A DNA stretch of 64,000 nt, from assembly GCA_047602405.1 (NCBI GenBank), contig JASGHJ010000002.1, forward strand, positions 2,976,001-3,040,000. The letters are read 5' to 3'. Positions 1 to 8,736 of this stretch are shown here, one piece after another (the first letter of the stretch is position 1; each line of letters opens with the position of its first letter). The stretch comes from Anaeromyxobacteraceae bacterium (GTDB lineage Bacteria > Myxococcota > Myxococcia > Myxococcales > Anaeromyxobacteraceae). A program made the translations under genes and the position numbers. The notes below the pieces were generated by a model. The model saw nothing but the letters and a program-made list of their open reading frames with translations, made no database searches and had not been told where the DNA came from.

Positions 1-453
1 GAACGCGGCGAGCACGCCCGGCGAGTCGAGCCGGAGCGCGTCGAGGAGCACCCACTCGCCCGGCGGCTGCCCGGTCACGGCGAGCGAGAGGCGGGCGACG
101 GCCGGCGGGAGGGGATCGGTGCGGAACCGGAGCGCGCGCCGGGCCGTGCCGCCCCGCCCCTCCGCCACCACGGTCACCTCGTGCTCGGCGTCGGCCGCGA
201 GGCCGAGCACGGTCACGCCGGCCCGGTCCCCGACCACCGCCACGTCGGGCGTCCGGCGCGCCGCGCCGCCCTCGGTCCACTCCACGTGGACCCGCTCCGC
301 GGCGGGCGCCCGCACCTCGACCCTCCTGCCGAGCACCGTGCGCGGGAGGGTCGCCGCGGCCGCCTCCTCCACGCGCGGCCGCGCCGGATTGTCGCACGCG
401 GCGAGGAGGAGCAAGGTCAGGAGGGCGGGGAGCGGCCGGCGCGCGGGGAGCAT
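1..453 (-). CDS. Lipoprotein, 5' part only (runs off window); possibly arylsulfotransferase-like N-terminal Ig/Fn3 region
   Basis: Manual translation from ATG 453: MLPARRPLPALLTLLLLAACDNPARP...RFRTDPLPPAVARL...; lipobox LAAC; not in ORF track because it has no stop in the window. Confidence 0.6.
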   Translation of the reverse strand, partial: MLPARRPLPALLTLLLLAACDNPARPRVEEAAAATLPRTVLGRRVEVRAPAAERVHVEWTEGGAARRTPDVAVVGDRAGVTVLGLAADAEHEVTVVAEGRGGTARRALRFRTDPLPPAVARLSLAVTGQPPGEWVLLDALRLDSPGVLAAF

Positions 454-511
454 CGAGAAGGCGTGGCCATGGCGGTGCCCCGGAGCAACGGCGTGGGCGG
501 GCCCTCCACGA

Positions 512-545
512 ACGCGAAAGCCCCCGCTCGCGCGAGGGCTTCCGT
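512..545 (-). terminator. Probable intrinsic terminator downstream of tRNA-Cys
   Basis: Minus strand AAGCCCtCGC-gcga-GCGgGGGCTT followed by TCGCGTTC. Confidence 0.5.
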
Positions 546-558
546 GAGACGTCCTGAG

Positions 559-631
559 AGGCACCGGGCGGAGTCGAACCGCCGAATGGCAGATTTGCAG
601 TCTGCTGCCTTACCAGCTTGGCGACGGTGCC
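559..631 (-). tRNA. tRNA-Cys (GCA), CCA not encoded
   Basis: Reverse complement GGCACCGTCGCCAAGCTGGTAAGGCAGCAGACTGCAAATCTGCCATTCGGCGGTTCGACTCCGCCCGGTGCCT: acceptor GGCACCG/CGGTGCC, anticodon loop CTGCAAA, TTCGA T-loop, U discriminator. Confidence 0.97.
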
Positions 632-704
632 AGGGCGGCGAGAGGTCGTAGCAAAGGCCTGCCCTGGGGTCAACCGCAACGGGGCGGATCGCCTGTCGCT
701 CCCG

Positions 705-1169
705 TCACCTCCGCTCCGAAACGAGCGCCCGCGCGAACGCGAGGTCGTCGGTCGTCTGGCGGAGGCGCCGCGCGAGGGAGGTGGCGAGCGCGCGGTAGAC
801 GTGGTGGCCGGCCTCGTGGTCGCCGTCGAGCACGGCCCGGAGCTTCCCGGCGCGCAGCACGAGGAGGTCGGTGCGCTCGGAGGCGGTCACGGTGGCGGAG
901 CGCGGGGCGTCGTCGAGCAGCGCCGCCTCGCCGAAGTGGCTGCCCGGGCCGAGCACGACGACGTCGTGCGCGCCGCCCGCCTTCTCCTTGTGCACCTTGC
1001 AGCTCCCGCTGCGGATGACGAAGAGCGCGTCGGACGCGCGGTTCTCCTGGACCACCGCCTCGCCGGGCTGGGCCGTGACGGACTCCGCGGCCTGCGCGAT
1101 CCGCTTGAGCGCCGTGTCCGGGAGGTCCTTGAAGAGGTAGGTCGCCTTGAGCTGCTTCACCGCGTCCAT
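705..1169 (-). CDS. Stand-alone cyclic nucleotide-binding domain protein
   Basis: LFVIRSGSCKV...GSHFGEAALLDDAPRSATVTA phosphate-binding cassette; no HTH. Confidence 0.9.
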   Translation of the reverse strand: MDAVKQLKATYLFKDLPDTALKRIAQAAESVTAQPGEAVVQENRASDALFVIRSGSCKVHKEKAGGAHDVVVLGPGSHFGEAALLDDAPRSATVTASERTDLLVLRAGKLRAVLDGDHEAGHHVYRALATSLARRLRQTTDDLAFARALVSERR

Positions 1170-1300
1170 GCGAGCTCCGGGTCAGGGGTGCGGTCGAGGC
1201 TACAGGCAGGAGGCACGGCGCGTCCTCGCCTCACCCGGGTTACGGCGAACCGCGGTGCCCGGGCCGGTTCACGACGCAGGGTGTTAGAGGCGCGTACCCT

Positions 1301-1756
1301 TCAGCGCGCGCGCACCGCCGCCCGCGCCACCCGCACGCCGCGGTCGCGCAGCGCCTTCACGAGCGCGGGCAGCTCCGCGGCCGCCACGCGCGCGAGCGCC
1401 GGCGCGGGCCGCAGCACGAGCTCCACCGCCGCGCCGGGGGCGGGCCTCAGCTCCACCGAGAGCGCGCGCCCGAGGTCGAGCGAGAGCCCGGGCGTCTGCG
1501 CCCGCAGCGCGGCGGTCACCGCGACCGGCAGGATCCGCACCGCGGCCCGGAGCGACGCGGCCTCCTTCGCCGGGGAGAGGCCCTCGGGGGCGACGTTCCC
1601 GGGGTCCCGGCCCGGCCCTGCCGGCGGGGCCTGCGCCCGCGCCGCCTTCGACGCGGCGTGGAGCGAGCGCGAGAAGGCCTGCCGGGGCCGCGCGAGGCGC
1701 CTCGCGGCGTCCGCGGCCGCGGGCGACGTCGTCATGGCGGGCTCCGCGCGAGGCAT
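1301..1756 (-). CDS. Hypothetical protein, C-terminus resembling FliK/T3S4 length-control domain (start uncertain: 1768/1756/1735)
   Basis: Ala/Pro-rich N-terminus then LSVELRPAPGAAVELVLR...ELPALVKALRDRGVRVARAAV; sigma54-like promoter upstream. Confidence 0.5.
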   Translation of the reverse strand: MPRAEPAMTTSPAAADAARRLARPRQAFSRSLHAASKAARAQAPPAGPGRDPGNVAPEGLSPAKEAASLRAAVRILPVAVTAALRAQTPGLSLDLGRALSVELRPAPGAAVELVLRPAPALARVAAAELPALVKALRDRGVRVARAAVRAR

Positions 1757-1767
1757 GGCCGGCGTCA

Positions 1768-1785
1768 TTGCACGCGCGGTGCCGG
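1768..1785 (-). promoter_or_regulatory. Putative sigma54 -24/-12 promoter
   Basis: Minus strand CGGCAC-CGCGCG-TGCA, GG-N10-GC spacing, just upstream of the 1301-1756 gene. Confidence 0.55.
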
Positions 1786-1942
1786 CGCGCGGCCCCCGTG
1801 CTCTCGCGGGGTTGCGGAGCTGGGCGCGCGGCGCGAGCGTCCGCGCCGCGGCCTCCCGGTCCGCGGCAGATCCTTCCGGCCGCTCGCCCGTTCACGAGGC
1901 AGAGCGACACCTCTCTCCCTCTCGCCTCGCCGGAGCCCGCCG

Positions 1943-3259
1943 ATGAAGTCCGCCATCGCCCTCGCCCTCGCCGCCCTCGCCGCCGCCCCCGCGAAGCTCC
2001 CGCTGCCGCCGGCTCCGGCCCCCGATCCGTTCCCGCGGGTGGTGGAGCGCGTCGCCGGCATGGTCGGCGACGGCGAGGCCCAGCGCCTGGCCTCGACCCA
2101 CGGCCTCCAGCTCCTCGACGTCACCTGGGAGGACACCGGCCGCTGGCAGGGCTCGGCGCTCGGCCCGAACATCTCCGACGTGACGCTCGAGGTCGTGTCC
2201 GGCGAGCAGGACGCCGAGCGGCTCGCGCTCATGCCGGTGCTCCGACTCCCGAACTTCACCGACCGGACCGCCGACGTGAGGCTCGACCGGATCTTCCTCA
2301 AGGTCGGCAACGCGCGCGCCCCCCGGCGGGCAGGGGGTGAACCACCGCTCGAGACGATCTCCTTGCGCGACTACCTCGCCGACCCGGCCCGCTGGCTCTC
2401 GAGCCCGCTCGACGGCCGGATCAAGGGCGGCTCGCTCCTCGCGCCGCGCGACACGCACGCGCTCGTCTCCGCCCAGGCGGCGTTCCTGCCGGTGCCGAGG
2501 CAGGGCCAGGCGACCTTCCACCCGGTGATCTTCAACTACCAGTCCACCCGGGGGAACCCGGCGGTGCTCACGCTGCTCGTCACGCGCCAGGGCACCTCGC
2601 TCACCGTCGTCGACAACGCGCGCGACTCGGTCCGCGGCAGCTGGGGCCAGCGGCTGTTCTTCGACGCGGACGGGCAGCGCGCGCCGCTCACCGCCGAGCG
2701 GCTCTCCGACGTCGTCGCGAACGGCCGCACCGCGAACGGCGAGGCCGCGGCGTCCCTGGGCGAGGACGCGAACCTGCTCATGCTCGTCCAGGTCCCGCTC
2801 CGCCACCGCGAGCCGGAGCGGCGCGCGCAGGCGTACCTGGCCGCGCCCGCGGCGCCCATGGCGTCGGGCGCCGTCGCGAAGGAGGAGCAGAAGTCGGACC
2901 TCGAGGTGGCGGTGCTCGGCCACGGCCCGCTCCAGGGCCCGTTCACCGAGCTCGCCGGGCTCGAGGTCGAGCGCGACCCGCGCTTCCCGATCCGCGTGAC
3001 GGTGCAGTTCTACCAGGCCACCGCGACCGGCAAGGTCACCGGCGAGCAGATGGCCCACCTCGCCTCGATCGTCGAGAAGGTCTACGCGAAGGGCGACCAC
3101 GTCGGCTCGCTCGTGGTCCCCGGCCCGCGAGACGCCGCGCGCCCGACCGCCTGGGACGGCACCTCGCCCGCGCCGAAGGAGGTCGCGTGGTGGGACTTCC
3201 CCGGGCTCGTCGAGCGCTGGCGGATGCGCGGCCGCACGCCGCCGGCCGGGATCCGCTGA
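1943..3259 (+). CDS. Exported hypothetical protein
   Basis: Signal peptide MKSAIALALAALAAA; globular sequence with TWEDTGRWQGSALGPNISDVT, FHPVIFNYQS, RDPRFPIRVTVQFY; strong GC3 bias. Confidence 0.8.
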   Translation: MKSAIALALAALAAAPAKLPLPPAPAPDPFPRVVERVAGMVGDGEAQRLASTHGLQLLDVTWEDTGRWQGSALGPNISDVTLEVVSGEQDAERLALMPVLRLPNFTDRTADVRLDRIFLKVGNARAPRRAGGEPPLETISLRDYLADPARWLSSPLDGRIKGGSLLAPRDTHALVSAQAAFLPVPRQGQATFHPVIFNYQSTRGNPAVLTLLVTRQGTSLTVVDNARDSVRGSWGQRLFFDADGQRAPLTAERLSDVVANGRTANGEAAASLGEDANLLMLVQVPLRHREPERRAQAYLAAPAAPMASGAVAKEEQKSDLEVAVLGHGPLQGPFTELAGLEVERDPRFPIRVTVQFYQATATGKVTGEQMAHLASIVEKVYAKGDHVGSLVVPGPRDAARPTAWDGTSPAPKEVAWWDFPGLVERWRMRGRTPPAGIR

Positions 3260-3491
3260 GCCCCGGTTCCGGTGCGGAACCAGGAGACGGCCGCTCGTTG
3301 CGTCTCCTGGAGGCGTGGCCGATGGGACGCCTCACGGGGTCTCTCCGCGAGGCGTCCGGGAAACGTGGAGACGTGGTGCGGAATGGCCGATCCCAAGGTC
3401 AGACCACAGCTTCTCGCCAGCTCGGCGCTTCCACCATCCATCCCCGACCGAGGCGGAACGCCTGCTGAAACTTCGGGAGGACGACGCGGGC

Positions 3492-4802
3492 TCAGCTCCG
3501 GTAGTCGGCGTTCTCGGTGACGTACTCGTGGGAGAGGTCCCCGCCGAGCACCTCGAACGCCTCGCCACCCATCCCGATCGCGATGCCGATCTCGACCCGG
3601 CGCTCGTGGGGTGGGTGGTGGATGGGGGGCACGAAGTTGCCGCCCGGGCCGGGCGCGCTCTCGTAGAGCTCGGCCGCCTTCATGTGCCGGAAGAGCCGCT
3701 CCTCCTTCTCGCGGTCGAGCCGCATCGCCCCGCCCTCGAGCACCACCTCGCCGCCCACCGTCATCCGCACCTTCGCGGGATCGAGCGGCACGCCCTCGGC
3801 GCCGGCCCACTTGCCCACCGCGCAGAGGAGCCGGCCGACGTTCGGGTCGTTGCCGCACACCGCGGCCTTGAGGAGCGGGGAGTTCACGACCGACTTCCCG
3901 ATCGCGCGCGCCTCGGCGCGCGTGCGGGCGCCGGTGACCTCCACCCGGAGCACGTGGTGCACGCCCTCGCCGTTGCGCACCACGTCCTCGGCGAGCCCGC
4001 GGCAGACCTCGCGGAGCGCCGCCTCGAAGGCGCCGGGCGGCGGCGCCGGGCGGCGGCCGGAGGAGAGGAGCGCGACGGTGTCGGAGGTGCTCGTGTCGGA
4101 GTCCACCGAGATCGCGTGGAAGCTCTCCTCCACCGCCGCGTCGAGCGCGGCCCGGAGCGCCGCGCGGGGCACCGCGACGTCGGTGAGGAGGTAGACGAGC
4201 ATCGTGGCGAGGTTCGGCTCGATCATGCCCGCGCCCTTCGCGATCCCGACGACGCTCCCCTGCCCCACCGCCGCGCGGCGGATCTTGGGGTAGAGGTCGG
4301 TCGTCACGATGCCCTCCGCGGCGGGGAGGATCGAGCGCGGCTGGAGCGCCGAGACGGCGGCCGGCAGCGCGGCGAGCATGGCGTCCACCGGGAGCCGCCA
4401 GCCGATGACCCCGGTCGAGGACGGCAGCACCTCGCCCGCGCCGAGGCCGAGCAGCTCCGCCGCCCGCGCGGCCACCCGCTCGGACGCGGCGACGCCCTCC
4501 GGTGCGCACACGTTCGAGACCTTCGTGTTCACCACCACCGCGCCGAGGGCCGGCGCCTCGCGCAGCCGCCGGCCCACGAGCACCGGCGCGCCCGGGAACG
4601 CGTTCGTCGTGAACTTGAGCGCGAAGTCCGGCGTCGGGCGGTCGAGCGCGATGACGGTGAGGCGCATGCGCGAGCGCTTCGGCGCCTCGACGGGGTCGAA
4701 CTCGAGCTCGGTCGTGCCGACCCTGAAGCCCTCCGGGAGCGCCGCCTGCGACTCGAGCCACGCGCGGTGCGCCTCCCGGGAGGCGAAGGAGAGCGAGGTC
4801 AT
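3492..4802 (-). CDS. argJ: Bifunctional ornithine acetyltransferase / N-acetylglutamate synthase
   Basis: SSTGVIG, TTDLYPK, GIAKGAGMIEPNLATML, SVDSDTSTSD, GNDPNVGR, DLSHEYVTENADYRS. Confidence 0.95.
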   Translation of the reverse strand: MTSLSFASREAHRAWLESQAALPEGFRVGTTELEFDPVEAPKRSRMRLTVIALDRPTPDFALKFTTNAFPGAPVLVGRRLREAPALGAVVVNTKVSNVCAPEGVAASERVAARAAELLGLGAGEVLPSSTGVIGWRLPVDAMLAALPAAVSALQPRSILPAAEGIVTTDLYPKIRRAAVGQGSVVGIAKGAGMIEPNLATMLVYLLTDVAVPRAALRAALDAAVEESFHAISVDSDTSTSDTVALLSSGRRPAPPPGAFEAALREVCRGLAEDVVRNGEGVHHVLRVEVTGARTRAEARAIGKSVVNSPLLKAAVCGNDPNVGRLLCAVGKWAGAEGVPLDPAKVRMTVGGEVVLEGGAMRLDREKEERLFRHMKAAELYESAPGPGGNFVPPIHHPPHERRVEIGIAIGMGGEAFEVLGGDLSHEYVTENADYRS

Positions 4803-4918
4803 GGCGCATGACTACCACGGCGCCGGCGCCGGTGGCGGCGCGGGGCCCCTTCGAGCGGGCTCGCGCGCGGCCGCCGGGCGCCGCAGCGTTCGCGAGGACG
4901 GACGGAGGGGGACAGCCC

Positions 4919-6424
4919 ATGGCGAGGTGGATCTGCGGAGCCGCGGCGGCGGCCCTCGTGGCGGCGTGCGTGCTCGGGTGTGGCGGCGGGAAGTCCCCGC
5001 ACCGCGAGCCGGGCACCACGGAGCCCCCGCCGGTCACCGCGCCGCCCGCTGCCCAGCCGCCCGTCACGAGCGGCGCCTTCCGGTTCTACGGCCCGCCTCA
5101 GGGCGTGACGGGCGACGTCGCGGACGTCTCCGCCGACGAGGGCGGCAACGTCTGGGTCGCCGCGGGCACGCACGTCCTCGTCCGGCCCGCCGGCGCGCGC
5201 GACTTCACCGCGCTCGACCTCGACGCGGCGGGGGTCTCGGCGACCTGCCACGACGAGGCGGAGGTGAAGGTCGCCGCGCCGGCCAGCGCGGCGAGGCCCT
5301 GCCCGGCCATCTCGGTGGCGGGGCTCGACGCCGGGCGCGCGATCGTGGGCACGCGGGGCGTCGGCACCGACGGCGACGACGACGCGACCTGGGCGACGCG
5401 CTCCGGCGGCGCCGACGTGCTCCGGCTCGACGCGCTCGCGACCCCGCCCCGCGTGGAGCGCGTGCGGCACGTCCTCGTGGCCGCTCCGCCCGGCGTCGCG
5501 TGCGAGGAGTGGGACAACTCCAATCCCTCGGTGCCCCGCAACACGAGGTGCAAGGACACCTGGGACGGCTCGATCTGGGCCAGCGGCCGCCTCAAGCTGA
5601 GGCAGGTGCAGCGCATCGTCGTGAACCACGACCGCAGCCGGCCGCTGTCCTACCTGGACGCCTACCTCGGCGGCACGCACGCCTCGCTCGCGATCCTCGC
5701 GGCCCACCCGGAGGACCGGGGCATGGCGGACACGAGCAAGGAGGATCCCGAGTGGACCGACACGCGCGGCGTCTGGGAGCACCACCACCCGGACGTGTGG
5801 CGCGGCTCGAGCTTCCTGACCGGCTCGGCCTGGGGCCTCGCGCTCGACCCGGTGTCGAACGTGCCCTGGTACACGAACGGCTTCCGCATCGCGAGCCTGC
5901 AGGACTACGCCTCGCAGCGCGCCCCGACCGCGGTGGGTGCGTGGTGGGGCGATCAGGTGCCCGGCGGGGAGCACCTGTGGATCTGGGCTCGGGAAGCGGA
6001 TCCGGCCGATCCCGCTCGAAACGACGGCTCGCAGGCGCTGGCGTTCTGCCCGGACGGCACTTTGTGGGTGGGGTCGGAGTCCCATGGGCTCGCGCGCGTG
6101 CGACTCGATCGGACCAGGCTCGAGGACCTCATCGCGGGCTACACGATCGAGCGGATCCCCGTGCCCGAGGGGGCGGGCGGTGCGCTCGCCGTCGCGTGCG
6201 ACCCGGCCGACGGGTCGGTGTGGGTGGGCTTCGCCTGGGGCGGCTTCGGGCGGTGGAAGGACGGGTGGCGCACCGTGCCAGCGCAGCAGGACGTGCCGGA
6301 ATTCGCGCGTGGCCCCGTGCGTTCCATCCAGATCGACGCCGGGTCGACGCCGAGGACGGTCTGGATGGCCCACCTCGCCTCCAGGCTCGGGCCCGCCGGG
6401 ATCACGGCCTATGACGGACCGTGA
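4919..6424 (+). CDS. Lipoprotein, probable beta-propeller
   Basis: Signal/lipobox ...AACVLGCGGG; propeller-like repeats DEGGNVWVA, PDGTLWVGS, ADGSVWVGF. Confidence 0.75.
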   Translation: MARWICGAAAAALVAACVLGCGGGKSPHREPGTTEPPPVTAPPAAQPPVTSGAFRFYGPPQGVTGDVADVSADEGGNVWVAAGTHVLVRPAGARDFTALDLDAAGVSATCHDEAEVKVAAPASAARPCPAISVAGLDAGRAIVGTRGVGTDGDDDATWATRSGGADVLRLDALATPPRVERVRHVLVAAPPGVACEEWDNSNPSVPRNTRCKDTWDGSIWASGRLKLRQVQRIVVNHDRSRPLSYLDAYLGGTHASLAILAAHPEDRGMADTSKEDPEWTDTRGVWEHHHPDVWRGSSFLTGSAWGLALDPVSNVPWYTNGFRIASLQDYASQRAPTAVGAWWGDQVPGGEHLWIWAREADPADPARNDGSQALAFCPDGTLWVGSESHGLARVRLDRTRLEDLIAGYTIERIPVPEGAGGALAVACDPADGSVWVGFAWGGFGRWKDGWRTVPAQQDVPEFARGPVRSIQIDAGSTPRTVWMAHLASRLGPAGITAYDGP

Positions 6425-6636
6425 TCCGCGTCACGTTCCGTGACCTCCCGGCTCTCGCGCGCTGCGACCTGCACGTCCCCGGACCGGACCCAGGGTTCGA
6501 TTCCGCCGGAGGGAGGAGCGTCCCGGGACGCTTTCCCGTCCGTAAACGGGCAGTGTGACTGTAAGTGGTACCGTACCTTCTGCGCGCCCCGAAAGAGACC
6601 ATGTGACGGCCTCCACGCTGCGATAACCATCCGCGC

Positions 6637-6846
6637 ATGGACCTCCTGACTCGATTCGCCGGCAACGTTCGCAGGCTGCGCGCCAAGAAGAAGCTCAGCC
6701 AGAAGGCGCTCGCCGACAAGATCGGGATCTCGGTCTCGTACGTCTCGATGCTCGAGCGCGGCCAGCGCTCGCCGCCGCTCGAGACCATCGAGAAGATGGC
6801 GAAGGCGCTCGGCGTCCCGCCGGGCGCGCTGCTCGGCGGCCGGTAG
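6637..6846 (+). CDS. XRE-family HTH transcriptional regulator
   Basis: NVRRLRAKKKLSQKALADKIGISVSYVSMLERGQRSP. Confidence 0.93.
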   Translation: MDLLTRFAGNVRRLRAKKKLSQKALADKIGISVSYVSMLERGQRSPPLETIEKMAKALGVPPGALLGGR

Positions 6847-6873
6847 GCCGGCCGCGCACCGTCCTCCGAGATC

Positions 6874-7848
6874 GTGATCTCGCTCGCCGCCGCGCTCGTC
6901 CTCGGCACGTTCAGCATCGTCGCCGCCGATCCCGCCACCGGGCAGCTGGGCGTGGCGGTGGAGTCGAAGTTCCCGGCGGTCGGCGCGATCGTCCCCGCCG
7001 CGAAGGCCGGGGTGGGCGCCGTCGCCACCCAGGCCGCGGCGAACGTGGCCTGGCGGGCCGACGCGCTCGCGCTCCTCGCGCAGGGGCTCTCGCCCGAGGA
7101 GGCCGTGCAGCGGCTCGTCCAGGCCGACGCGGGCCGCGACGACCGCCAGCTCGGCCTCGTCGACGCGAAGGGCCGCGCGGCGAGCTTCACCGGCAGCCGC
7201 TGCCCCGACCACGCGAGCTCGATCGTCGGCGACGGCTTCGCCGTGCAGGGCAACATCCTCGCCGGCCGCGCGGTCGTGGAGGCGGTCGCGCGGGCCTACC
7301 GCGAGGCGCGCGCCGCCGGACGGCCGCTGGCCGAGCGCCTCCTCGCCGCGCTCGAGGCGGGCCAGGCCGCCGGCGGCGATCGCCGCGGCCAGGAGAGCGC
7401 CGCGCTCTACGTCGTGAAGCCCGGCGGCGGCTACGGCGGCGAAGGCGACGTCTGGGTGGACCTGCGCGTCGACGACCACCCGCGCCCGATCCAGGAGCTG
7501 CGCCGCCTCTACGTCGAGGTGCACCAGCTCTACTTCGGCGAGACGAAGGCGACCGTGAAGCTCGAGGGTGAGGTCGCCGCGGAGGTGCGCCGCCACCTCG
7601 CGTCGGTCGGCTACCCCGCCGGCGCGGCGGCCCCCGCGGCGCCCTGGGATCCGGCGAGCCAGCAGGCGCTCGAGGACTGGGCCGGCTTCGAGAACCTCGA
7701 GATGCGCGTGAAGAAGGACGGGCGCCTCGACGTGGTCGTCCTCGACCGCCTGCGCGCCGCCGCCCGGGCCGGGGGGAAGGCCGCGGCGAAGGAGCAGCAG
7801 GGAGCCGGGAAGGCGGGCGCCCCGGAGCGGGACGTCAGGAAGAAGTAG
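6874..7848 (+). CDS. DUF1028 (Ntn-hydrolase-like) protein with C-terminal peptidoglycan-binding-like domain
   Basis: TFSIVAAD...GAVATQA, FAVQGNIL, GGDRRGQESAAL, DLRVDDH, GFENLEMR. Confidence 0.88.
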   Translation: MISLAAALVLGTFSIVAADPATGQLGVAVESKFPAVGAIVPAAKAGVGAVATQAAANVAWRADALALLAQGLSPEEAVQRLVQADAGRDDRQLGLVDAKGRAASFTGSRCPDHASSIVGDGFAVQGNILAGRAVVEAVARAYREARAAGRPLAERLLAALEAGQAAGGDRRGQESAALYVVKPGGGYGGEGDVWVDLRVDDHPRPIQELRRLYVEVHQLYFGETKATVKLEGEVAAEVRRHLASVGYPAGAAAPAAPWDPASQQALEDWAGFENLEMRVKKDGRLDVVVLDRLRAAARAGGKAAAKEQQGAGKAGAPERDVRKK

Positions 7849-7872
7849 CCGGGCTCCGCGGTTCACCCTCTC

Positions 7873-8712
7873 ATGCCGGCGCGGTTCGGGCGTAGACACT
7901 TCCTCGGGGGCGCCGCGACCATCGCGGCCGCGGGCGCGCTCGGCGCCTTCCCCCGCCTCGCCGAGGCGGACGGGCGCGCGGTCCGCCCCGAGCACGTCAC
8001 CTTCCTCGTGCCCGGGCTCGACCCCGCCCACGACGGCCTCAAGGTCGCGCAGCTCTCCGACGTCCACGTGGGCCCGCGCACGCCGGCCGAGACCGTGCGC
8101 GAGGCGATCGACCTCGCGAACGCGTTCGAGCCCGACCTCGTGGTGCTCACCGGCGACTACGTCTGCCACCACCGGCGCGAGGTCGACCTCGTGCGGGAGC
8201 TCCTCGGTGGCCTCGAGGCGCCGACGTTCGCGGTGCTCGGGAACCACGACGTGTGGGTCGACCCCGCGGGCACCGCGGACGCGCTGCGCGGCTGCGGGCA
8301 CGAGGTGCTCGAGAACGCCTGGACCGAGGTGTCGCTGCGCGGCGCGCCGCTGCGCCTCGTGGGGATCGGCGACCGCATGACCCACCGCGACGACGTCGAG
8401 CGCGCCGTCCGCGGCCTGCCGGCCGGCGGCTCCTCCCCGCTCGTGCTCGCGCACGGCCCGAAGACGGCCGACCGCGTCCGCGCCCTCGGGCGGCCCGCGC
8501 TCTGCCTCTCGGGCCACACGCACGGCGGCCAGATCAACCTGCCGATCGTGACCCCCATCCTCTTCGCGGCGATCCACGAGCCCTACGTCCGGGGCCGGTA
8601 CCGGCTGGGGGACGTGCAGCTCTACGTGAACCGGGGCGTGGGGATGAGCGGCGTGCGCGTGCGCGTGAACGCACCCCCCGAAGTGACGCTCGCGACCCTG
8701 CGCGCCGCCTAG
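7873..8712 (+). CDS. Metallophosphoesterase (YkuE-like) with Tat-like signal
   Basis: GRRHFLG; SDVH, TGDY, LGNHD, LAH, SGHTHGGQ. Confidence 0.92.
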   Translation: MPARFGRRHFLGGAATIAAAGALGAFPRLAEADGRAVRPEHVTFLVPGLDPAHDGLKVAQLSDVHVGPRTPAETVREAIDLANAFEPDLVVLTGDYVCHHRREVDLVRELLGGLEAPTFAVLGNHDVWVDPAGTADALRGCGHEVLENAWTEVSLRGAPLRLVGIGDRMTHRDDVERAVRGLPAGGSSPLVLAHGPKTADRVRALGRPALCLSGHTHGGQINLPIVTPILFAAIHEPYVRGRYRLGDVQLYVNRGVGMSGVRVRVNAPPEVTLATLRAA

Positions 8713-8736
8713 CGACCGGGGCCTATACTCCCGGGC

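Noticed and set aside
559..631. tRNA-Cys as integration site of a genomic island
   Set aside because: No integrase or duplicated tRNA 3' end seen in the window; the region left of position 1 is not visible.
3492..4802. ArgJ motif DTSTSD instead of the common DTSTND as a sign of inactivity
   Set aside because: The catalytic Thr region (KGAGMIEPNLAT) and the other motifs are intact; likely a tolerated variant.
6637..6846. XRE gene as antitoxin or prophage repressor
   Set aside because: No adjacent toxin or phage genes; neighbours are ordinary enzymes.
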